Assembly: GCF_018977255.1 (NCBI RefSeq)
Contig: NW_024704743.1
Span: forward strand, 20,276,001 to 20,340,000
Reading direction: 5' to 3'
Source: Callorhinchus milii
Taxonomy: Eukaryota
DNA: 64,000 nucleotides
In this document: positions 47,801 to 59,800 of the stretch, piece after piece
How positions within the stretch are numbered: the stretch's first letter is position 1
Layout of the letters: each line of letters begins with the position of its first letter
Notes under the pieces: generated by a model
What the model saw: only the letters and a program-made list of their open reading frames with translations
Told to the model about the DNA's origin: nothing
Database searches by the model: none
Position numbers and translations under genes: made by a program

Positions 47801-50800
47801 TGAGACGCTACCCTACCTGGAAAGCGCTACATAAGTGCAAGTTGTTGTTGTCGTCGTTGTTGTAGTAGTAAAGAAATGGTCTGTCCTTCCATTTTCTGGT
47901 ACAACATCTGATATTTACTGACCAGAAATATTTTAATTACAATTTGTCAAATATAAATGGGAATTTGAAGACACACATCTTTCTTGCAACAACAAATATG
48001 CTACCAAATTCATGTGACCATGCTAAAATCAAAATGAAAGGAAAATGCATTCCAGCAATTGAAAAACATCACAACAAAATTACATTTATATAGCGGCTTC
48101 ACGTCGGAAGGATGTCCCAAGGCACTGCACAGTTAAGGATTTGTACCCAAGCTGGGGGCTGGAATCAAGATGGGTGGGGGTGGAGGCGGGAGTGTGTGTG
48201 GCCAAGGTAGTAAATAAGACCTATGTGTTTTCAATGTAAACTGGTAAAGCAAAAAGTACCTTACTCTAAATTAATGAGCACTGATCCTTCAATGTTACAA
48301 CGTCTATTTATCAGAGTAAAAAATAGTTCGGATTTATGTACTATGCATATCTAAGTATGATTGTATATTGGCAACACATTAAATTCAGTAGAAACTGAAA
48401 ACTAAAATGCATCTTGAATGATGCCTTTTTTAAAATCAAAAAGCTGAAAAATATCACATGCGAACTGTGCGTACAAAAAGCTATGCTTAGGCATCTTATA
48501 TACTATGCAAGCTCTCACAAGCTTTATGTAAATTCCTTCAATTTATCATGCATAGACCAGTTTAGGAATAGACTTTCACCAACCAGGAGAATTAGGAATA
48601 CAAAAACATATGTTATGGACTAAATACAGTAAATCAATTTCTTATTTTAGGAGCAGGTAGAAATCACATAACGCATTCAGTCAAAGAACTCCTGCTCATT
48701 TAAACAAATGGGTAGCTGTGGAATAAAATGTATATTCTATGATGAAGGTACCTTCTTTCATGGATAAATGTGACAATTCGTAGTTACTGTTTAAAATGCT
48801 TTACAATTCATTAACATACATGTCAGATTTAACATTTAGTGAGAATGTCATGTGAAGCAGCTTTCATCTAATTTCAAGGAGGTTAGGGCACTATGTTAAG
48901 AATTCCCTAAGAGGGATTTAGGATAAATGATTTAGGATATTACAATCCATGAGAAGCTTTTTTTTGTTTCAAAGTTAAAAATAGAGATAGTTAGTTAGCC
49001 ACTGCACTTAAAGAAAACAAGAGGGAAACCAAATCAAGGTGATTACTGCTTAATCTTGAAATTGATTTTGCTGCAAAATAAACAAATTTTATGTATTTGT
49101 TCAGTTGCTGAAATGTTCAACAATATCAAAACAGTTGGCTAAACGGAGAACCAGTCACAATGTCACATAATTAAGTTTTTAACCAATGTTAATCACCACC
49201 TTTTTGGTGAAAGTCAATCAGTAAAAACAATTCTCCCCATTTTGATCTAAAATAATGTGAATTAACCAATTTATTTCCATGCTGCACACACTTAGTTTCC
49301 AGGAATGCATCAGTTTCCAGGAATGTGCAAACACTGCATTGTGAGTCTAGATGTATGCAAGATTGCAACTACACTTTTTTGTTACAGCATGCCTTTATGG
49401 TAATAATCCTAGCATTTGATATATGTCATGTCAAAACATCAGCCTGACTCAATTGATACCACTCTCGCCGTCGAGTGAGAAGACCTACATTAGGACTTGA
49501 CTCACATAGTCGAAACTGCAGGTGTGTTGCATTATGGAGGTAATGTCCTTCACATGAGAAGTTCAGGAGGACTTTGAAGATCCCAAGGCACTGCTCAAAA
49601 AGAGAAGAGTTTCTCCAGGTATCCTGGCCAACAATTCCCCCAAAATAATATTTGAAAAATCAATCATTCCTTTCATGGCGGTTTGTGGGACTTTGCTGTG
49701 CGCAATTGGGCTGCCACATTCTCCTACAGATACACCTACAGAGTGTCACTCCCCTTCACAATAAATCCTGTGAAGCGCTTTGGGTCATCCTCCTGATGTG
49801 AAGGATGCTATACCAAATGCAAGGATTATGATTATTAAGGATAAACAGTGCAGAGTAAAGTGTAGTGATTATGTACTGATAGGTGAACGTACACAATTTG
49901 CACAGTAATATCCCACAAACATTCAATTGGTTTGGGGGTTTGTTGACCTGGACATCAAGCAAAGTCCCTTCTATTTTTAAAGGTGCCATGGGATCTCCAA
50001 CATCTTCCTGAATAGGTAGACAGGATTTTAGTTTATCATCGCATCCAAAGATGACCACTTATGTTGTAGTTCTCCAAGACTGCACTGAAGTGACTAGACT
50101 ATGATCTCAAAATCCCAAAGTGGGGGTCGAACCCACAATCTCCAACTCATAGGTGAGAGTGCTATCAACCTTGAGCTAGGAAGACACTTGCCTTGACCCG
50201 TTCACCTCTCCCCCACCAATACAACAACAACAAGATTCCATTTGTATAGGATATACCAAGGCGCTGGCCAGTGTACAGCATTTCAGACCCGAGCTGGGGT
50301 CAGGGAGGGAGAAGGGAGGGGAGGTGGCCGATGGCATGGTCGAAGAGGAGGGTCTTGAGGCGGGACTTGAAGGAGGCTAAGGAGGGGGCGAGGCGGAGTG
50401 ATTGAGGGACGGAGTTCCAGAGGTTGGGGGCAGAGTGGCTGAAGGCTCTCCCGCCAATGGTGGGGCGGGTGAGTTGGGGGACGTGGAGAAGGCCAGAGCC
50501 GTCTGAGCGGAGGGAACGGGCAGGTTGGTAGGGGGTTAGGTCTCAGAGGTAAGGTGGGGCGAGGCCATGGAGGGCTTTGTAGGTGAGGACAGGACCTAGA
50601 ACTGGATCCTCTGAAGGATAGGGAGCCAATGAGTCGGGCGAGAATGGGGGAGATGGGGTCACGGAACTTGGTGTGGGAGAGGATATGGGCTGCAGAGTAC
50701 ATTGGCCACCTCTGACACTACTGCTCCCCTCAGGCTGCCAAGACCCTTATCCACACTTTTATCATATATAGGCTTGACTGTGCCAACTCTCCGCTCACCA

Positions 50801-53800
50801 GACTTTCCAACTCTTCCCTCCACAACCTGCAGACCATTCAGAACACTGCAACACGTGTCGCCTCCAAGGTATTGCCACGCCCTACCTCTGTGAGCTTCTA
50901 GACACCCTACAAACCTGCTCCCTCACTCAGCAGGCACTAGTCTGCTTCACGTCCCCCGTACTACCGCTCCATCAGCGGTGGGGGGGGGGTCAGGCCTTCA
51001 GCCTTTCTGCCCCCAACCTCTGGAACTCCATCATCTCCTTCACCTTCCCTTTCCCTTCCCACCTTCAGGGTCCATCTCCAGAGATTCCTTCTGTCATCTT
51101 CCCACCCCTCTTGGCCTCCACCTTTCCCGAATCCAACCCGCAGTTCGGGTGCAACCCCTAGACTGTTTAGAGGCTTGGGATGTCCTCCTGACATGAAAGG
51201 TGCAATTATAATACAATTTGTTGTTGTTTACTCAATTACTTGTACTTCATTTTGTTTAGTGTAGAGATAAAATCTAGTCAGAAAATTTGAGTCGCAGCCA
51301 CAAAATATAATCAATTCAGTTTACAGTAAATCCTTGCTTTGAGATGTGTCAAAGACGTGATAAGGTGCAAATGCAAAACATGCAAAAATTATTATTATAA
51401 ACTGACTTTAATGATCTTTATGAATAATTAACTTTTTTTAATATTATGAGTTTAAATAATTATGAGCAGTTATGAGAAGCTGTCTGTATTTACTTGCATC
51501 TTTAAATTCTGTTAAATTAAATTTAATAAACAGAACCCTAGTATTTGAACAAAGAGAATTACAAACTTAAAGGTTTCATATAGTTCAATATGGAACCAAA
51601 AGGTTGAATTCAGCAAGCTTTAGTTAGCAATTAAAAAAGCAACATTTTAATCATACCACCCATTCCTACTCAAAATATAAATTGTGTATTTATAATAGAA
51701 TAATCAATGTGCATAGAATCATTCAATTAACCACTATTTTATTCAAAGTGGATACTACAGGGAACTTCCAGGCTTTTGCCTCAAACTTCTAAATAAGAAA
51801 ATATGGGAATAAAGGCACAATAGAAGTGATTAACAAATTAAAACATATTTTTCTTAGACAAATGCCTTCATTGCCCTTGAGCATTATTAACACGTTACAG
51901 AATTTCTACTTTCTTTGTATTGATATATAGCCTTGATATACGTTGCATTTCAAATAACCTCAAAATTGTGACTATTTGTTTTTGTGCAATTGATGTAAAA
52001 TTAAATAATTTGTATATCACTACAGAATATCCAAGAATGATGAGTGTAAAATCATCAATACAAGTGGAATCTGGAAGGTCACTGCATTCAAGAATGCAAT
52101 TAAAAACCCAATGCTGACACTATTTGTAGGCAGAACAAACTGCATTATAAATTGATTATAATACAGAAAGGAATTTTAGGGGTTAAAAATATTTCCGAAA
52201 ATGGGGCACATTGCATAGATTTATCTAGGTGTGCCCAAAATACGGTGATCATTAGATCAATTTTCAAAATTCATTGATTTTTCACCACACTTTACAGTAA
52301 AGATGCAACAGGCCTCGTTTTATTAACAATGTATTAGTTAAAATGCATACAGTGCAGAAAAACATACAGAAATGTGTTTTTTAAATGGATAAAAACAAGC
52401 TTTTTTTCCCCAACATGGCCTTCCATGTTACTCTAGAAAATCTATTGTAGAAAGCATTTCCACAACAAAGAGCAGATGAAACCTACTACTCCAAGCAAAC
52501 AATAAACTGTCAAAGAGTACACTGAAGCAGTAGTGGAGCAAAATGATCAAAACAAATGTGGAAAGATGTGTATCTTCTGTGTAGAATTTTACAGCTAGTT
52601 TTACCTTCTCCTAGTCTTTCTCCCATGAACATAGAATTTATATAGATTGATAATGCAATGACAAAAAGGAGCCAAACAGTCCAATACACAATCATTTTCA
52701 AAACAAGAGAAAGAATCTCTCAGGCACAGCTACTTGGAATTTAACCCTATATACATTTCTGTGTTAGTAACAGTTGCACATTTCCACATGACACCTTACA
52801 TCAAATATTTTACTGTACAGAAACTGTCTGCTCAGAGTTTTCTAAAGTATTATGAATAGTAAAAGTAATGAATAGAGTTCCTTGGAGAACAGCTTCTGAT
52901 CTGCTCTACAACCACCAAGGAATACAATTGGAGATCAATGTTGGATTGATTTTTCTATCAATGAGTATTAACATTGTTCAAACGAGCATTTTGAGTAAAG
53001 CTGCCATGCATTTATTTTGACCCACTTACTTACTGTGCTCCTACCATTGTAAATGCCGATTGTTCTTTATTTGTGTAATTTAACAAACACATTCATCTGA
53101 ACAGCTCAAAAAGATCTCTTCAGCTTCATATCTGAAGCTGTATTTAGATTATTTGTTTAGATAGAGCAACAATATAATACATTAGTGAAATTATTTATAG
53201 TTATACAAATCCTATGATCCTATCCTAGGGCTCCGAGACTCTATTCCCACATGAGGGGTGCTATACAAATGCATGTCGTTGTTGATTAATTCTTATTCAA
53301 GTTTGAATTCTTATATATTTTACAAAATAAATGAACCACTAAATTTTAAACCTGAAATGATTGCATGTCAAAAGCGAAAATACTTTGTCCTTTCTTACAA
53401 TACACCCATCTCTTCACCTATATGGACATACAACAAACACACTAAATAGATTTGCAAATTGAATGTTAAATTAAAAATGCTTTAATGGCCTAATTCTCTT
53501 CGACAAGAAACAATCAAGAATTGTGCAGACAAATAGATAAAAAAGTAATTACTAGACTTAAGGCTGAGACATAGTTCTAGCCGTTTTCATTTGGCAGGTT
53601 GAAGATGAACATAAAATTACTAAGATCAGAGTAAGCCTTTACCTAATATACAAAGTGTTACTGTCCAGTCACTTCCAGTCAACTATTAGATAAAAATATC
53701 ATTAGCAGTCACAAATTGCATTATGGATGACCTCAAAAACTGGGCACATATCTAAAAGCAGCATTGAAGTCAGGTCATTTTTTTATGCTGCAGTGCCAAA

Positions 53801-56800
53801 TTATGGTACAATTATTTTTACAGTGAGTCTTTAATTATAAGACTCCATGGCATAAGAATTCAAGAACAGAAATGCGACATACTGTGAAACACAAGCCCTG
53901 GCTTTCAGGATTGTCTGCTTGTATTTTCAAATAGATTTTTTTTGTAGAGCCGTCTAAACGTCCTGAAGGCAAGTCAAATAGAAAGCTATAGCAAGTATTA
54001 AAATGCACAATCCTATGATCCAGGATCTGCATACACAATACACAAGTGTTCCCTATCCATATATAAAAGTAACATATCGTATGCAAAGCCAAATGGCTCC
54101 CTTGTTAAAACATGGTTTTGCGTAGACACGCAGATACAATACTCAATGGTATTTAAAAGTTTTTTAGTGCAGCAAAATCAGATACTAGGCAAATAGAAGG
54201 TAAGGATTTTTCCTCCTACAAGTGGCTGGCACATTTGCTCACATCAACATAAAGCACACAAGCACAACTGCATCCACTAGTAATTATTTTTTAGCCACAG
54301 CTACATATTGGCGTTGTGTAAAGCTACCAAGATTAAAAATAACCCCTCTGTCAAAACATTTTCAGGTAGTTGTATTATCTACTCAAACTTGTCATCTCAC
54401 AGCAGTTGAGATATTTCCAAAGGTCTCATTTTAAATTACTTTCATCCATTAATTAGCACTTAGAACATCACAAAAAAATCCAGTTTGAGCTCTCCTCAGA
54501 TGTTTGTTTAAACCTATTGCAAGTAATATATTTGGTAAAATAAATTCTTACTCAATTTCATCCATTTACTGCAGAGTTCAATCTAAATCCAGCAACATGA
54601 CTGCAAACTCCAAATAAATTTGTACTGGTAAAACAAGCAAATGTTTCATGTATTGGATTTTAATGAACATTTTATTGTTCCGCTATTGAGGTACAAGATT
54701 GTGATTCAAAATAAAACTGGAAATCTCAATATTATGAATGAAAGTATAATAATTAGTGCAATGCCCACACCCTACTTTTTAAAAATTAGTGCTTAGGTTT
54801 GCATTCTTCTGAAATTGCTTAGTAAATTAATGCAGTTTACTTAATATTAACCAACAAATAAATCTGGTAACCAGCAGCTAAATTCCCAGCTTTCTTTTAA
54901 AGAAAAACATTCCTGCTAAGCAGCATAAATGATATTATAAAATATTTATTCACAGATTATATGATAAAGAATACAATTATGAATGTTATCCTAATAAAAA
55001 ATAATTTAAAATTTTAGGGGAAGAGCTAATTTTGAAAACTGGAAAAATTCTTTGGGAAAAGCACTGCATGTTTGATGAGATTTTGAAAAACAAGTATTTT
55101 ATCAACCTTTCCTGTGTGTAAAAAAAATCAAGGCCTGACTCAAGAAGTACTTCTTTGACTGCACTTTCGGTCATCTTTTCCCTCCCCACCCCCTTTGCTT
55201 TCCCCACCAGCACTTTGAGACTACCTCCCGATGTGAAAGCCTCTATATAAATGTAAATTGTATTGTATTATATCAATACATAGTACATTTAAAAGAACAT
55301 ATGGGTTAACAATTCTCAAAATATCAATTGAAGAGGTGGGGTAACACCAGTTATTTTTTTTCACCCATACAAATTAATACTTTAACCCAGTTATAAATTT
55401 GCAGAAATTCAAATAAAAACAAATATATAACAGAATGGAAAACAAAACTGTACACTGTGGTTACTTAAGAATTTGAGACAATGTTTTGCATTTTAATAGG
55501 TAGAGATGAGTTTATGTCTTTTTTAAAAAAAAAACAAAAGGCAAGGGTTCAGTTAATAGGGGGAAAATTGTGTTTGGTTCTTTAGGGGAGGGGGTAGAAG
55601 AAGTATTGAAAATTATTTATCAACCACAGATTTATTTTAAAGCACAAAAATTGTAGACAAATGATGTTCAAAAAGCAAGGTAATTTTCAGGCATTACTGG
55701 ACATTTTTCCCTTCAACATGATAGGAAAGAGATTTTAACAAACTCAATTTGTTTAAATATTACTTGTGTCAATAAAGAAGCAAATATGTGAATGTGTGTT
55801 GTGATTAATTACCAGTTAAGGAAACAGAACTCCCTCTAACATTTACAGTTCCCCACTGGGAGTTCCAAAGCAGAATGAAAACGAATAAAGATTTTTTTTG
55901 TAATGCTGTTAAAACAACCAAATATCATATTTTTCTGGGTCTAAACACAACTTTAATATTTAACAAGCAGAAATTATTTCCCTATAATTTCATATCCGTT
56001 TAAGAAGACAATCGCTGCAATCCAAAAGATTTTGATTTCAGCAGTGTCCATCTTCAAATTATGCCTCTGTGTAAGGATACACGTGAAGTCTACTTAACCA
56101 AATGATTTGTATAGTACCATGTAATATAAATTATTCTGATAGTTAGAATGCATATATTAAACAATCAGCAACCCTGTTTGAAACTCTACATAAGATCCCT
56201 CATTATCATTAATCCCACAAACTGTTCAATTACATTTGTATAAATTTTTAAAAACAACAATATTGAAAGAGTAAAACAAAAAACTGAAAGGGTATTCATA
56301 CGGCCATAAAACCAAACATGAGGGGTGGGTGAAATATCATATCTTGATGTAAGTGTGTATCAATGTCATTTGTTTTGTTAAAAAGATGTCACGACTGAAA
56401 GTTTAACACTGCTGTTACATGACAGTTTAGGGAGAATGATTCTTAAATCTCAAAATATATGGATGGTTATTACCTCTTGGTGAAGAACAGCTTTTGAAAA
56501 AAAAAGAATGGATTAGTTTGCAAACCACCAGGTGATTTCAGTATACATTTGCAATTATATATTTTCCAACCAATACAAATCCAGATGAATACCTTTTTTC
56601 TGATTATTGCAGGTTTGCTTCCAATGCTGCTGTTGGTTCTCAACAAGCACTTTAAAATTTGCAAATTTTGATATTTCTGATAAAACTCACTACAAAGCTT
56701 GGATTTCATACAATGTCACTGTGTATAAATTCAACAAAGATCTAAATACAGATAGTGCTCAATTTCAACACAAGCCTGAAACAAAGCATCTATGAAATGA

Positions 56801-59800
56801 TGCTGGGAACGGCAGGAATTTTCTCATCCTAAAATGCAAATACAGGTATTTCATGCTATTCTTTCAAATTACAGAATTATACCAAACACAATTCAGTATT
56901 CACAGAGTAGGTGTACTTTTAAACCTCAGAATTGCTGTAATCCAAATAATATTGTATTTTCAGCTGAACAGGGCCATAGAATCATAAAAAAATTTTGGTC
57001 CACAAAATCTGCACTCATGTTCTCTACATGAGCAAATCTACTCCCACTCTATTTTCTCTCTTAACCATCAACATTCCTCCACATCTCCTTAGTATTTATG
57101 ATTTATTTTTAATTAAAAATGAATTCTAAGCCATTTCTGTGGTACCAACAAAAATGCAGTATAATACTTCTTATAAAACATCAACTTTGCCACAGAACAA
57201 TAGCTGACAAGTTATTACCTGAATACAACAACAAATTACATTTATATAGCACCTTTCATGTCAGGGGGGACTTCAAAAATATACACCCAAAGAAACCAGC
57301 ACTATTCCATTTAAACCATTTAACAGAAAACCAAAAGTTAAGGTATGGATCAAAACGATCCATATTTTTACAGAGTATGCTGTACTTAATAGCAGTGAAC
57401 AGCAGGAAGCTAAGACATAAAATACAAAATAAAAAGACCTTATTTGAATAACAACCAGGCTTTATATTCCCCCATTCTCCCCCCAAGTAAAAGTTGTCGA
57501 GCAAGCATGCAAGGTAGATGTCTGTAAATAATTGTTAACACTGCTTGCAAATCAAAACTATGATCAGTTTCACCACTTAACGATTGAAAACAAACCACCT
57601 TGTTAGTTACTAGCTCTTTCCATTTAAGCGTACAATAAACAAACACAGATATACATGTACACTTAATTTCTTCAATTTCAAATCAGTTTAAATAAGTTTG
57701 CTACACCTTCGTTTTCTATTCACACAATTTTATAATATTTCAGACTTTAGATAGGCAGAAAAATCACTGCTTCCACACAACTGAAATCAAATGAAGTCAA
57801 TTTGTGTAAAGTGAATAACCAATTTTTCGCAGGATGTTATTTCTCAGATTAAGAGATTTTTACTGAATGTATTTTAGCAAATTAGAATAGAATACAGAAT
57901 CTAGGCAGATTGATGTAAGAAAAAAATATCCTCCACAGAATTGGACTACTAAAATTAAGACAGTTAATGGGAATAAATACAATGGATACAATCATATGTT
58001 GATTCCATAAAAGGTATCATACCACTCACTTTGTCAATCCTACGGTAGCAGAAATACTACATTTACTTATAAAGTGCTGTACAAATACCTTTGTACAATC
58101 AAACGTTTAGTGCCATACAAATTCAGAGGCAAGGGTCTGAGTTAAATTTACATGAATTACACTTCAGTGCACAAACAGATTTATACAAACACTGAATGAA
58201 GCAGAAAGCACTAACTATTAAAATAGTTAGATAGTTCATAAAATTGTTCTTATTCATTCCATGAACACCCATTTCTACTGCTGTCAATTGGTATTGAATA
58301 CTGCCTCCTGGTGATGAAACATAAATCCTACTACAAATAAGGGCAATTCTGGTATGCTTTGTATTTTGAATTATGACAAAAATATATTTTAAGTTGTACT
58401 ATCTGTACAAATATCATCCACAGGACTGCCAAACCTTACTGACAATAAAACAGATAATAAGAGTAATACTGAAATTCCACTCAAACCACAGCAATTTCAA
58501 ATCTACAGTTTTCATTCTGTGAAACAATTCCTCATCAATGAAATGGTAACTTTTTAAAAAAGCTGAAATGTACTCATAATACAGCCTTTAAATTATAGGC
58601 ATATTGATAACAAATGTTCATAAGAAAATTGAGAGTCACAGGATGCAAATTAGCTCCTACAATTCTCCACACCAAGGTCCTGATCTCAATTTCATCCAGT
58701 GACCAAGTGAGAAGGCAGCAGTGAGCAGGAAACAGCTGATTCCCAAGGGGGAGGGGGGCAGGGGCAAGAGAGAATCTTATGCTCAAAGCCAAAATGATAA
58801 ATATACTCCCTTTTAACCCTCCTGCTGCTTAGTAGGCCATATACACCATATAAGATTTTCAAAAGCAGACTATGATTTTACAATTGCATTTTTAAATAGC
58901 TCAGTGGGTCACTGAGCTGCATTTGGTTAATGATATTCAGGTAAAGCAAACTAAAATGTATTTAATAAATAAATGCTACTTTGGATCAGTAGCAATATCT
59001 TCCAGGCAAATATTACTGCACAGGAATTTTGCTCATTCAAAAATTACCCTTTACTCCTGAAAAAACCATCACACCAAAATATGGATCAAAAGTATGATGC
59101 TGTATTTTGTAGTTATGTTTTTAAATAATGTATATTTATCACAGTGCAATTTTAAAACTAAACTTTATGAAACTGGAAAATCATAATGAAGATACTGTAC
59201 ACCTCATACACAAAACACATCAGATTTAAAAATAATCACTGGAAATTTGCCAGCTAGATTTATTTCACAAAATTTCTTTAGTTCTACGAAAGTATTCAGA
59301 ATTCTTGACTAAATTTAAGAAAAACTTAATTGGTTAAAATATATTAATGGTAGCTGGTTAATTTAAACATAACAAAATAACATTCTTGTCAGTCCTCATA
59401 CTCAAAAATTCTCTACAACTTATTTAAATCCAGAACCTAAAAATCACATCCAACTGCAACCGGTTATAAAGTTGACTGAATGGGACATTTCTAAGAATAA
59501 AATATTTTAACGAGGATTATGGTTACCACAGTGGACTTAATATTTCCTACATCACATGAACTACCTCTCACATCTCTGATGCGATGCCCAATCAACATCT
59601 TAAAATGCCCCAAATAGAGATTAAACTAATAAATTCCTGAGGTTACATCACTTCCTGCCCGAAAAAACTAGCGTTTTGAACCAGTGAATCAGGAAACTAG
59701 AGTAAGTAAATATATGTCTGCAAATCAATAAAAAAAACAGAAATACGACCAAATTGCCATTGATGGAAAGGCAGTCTTACCACTTTAATTCAATATAGCA

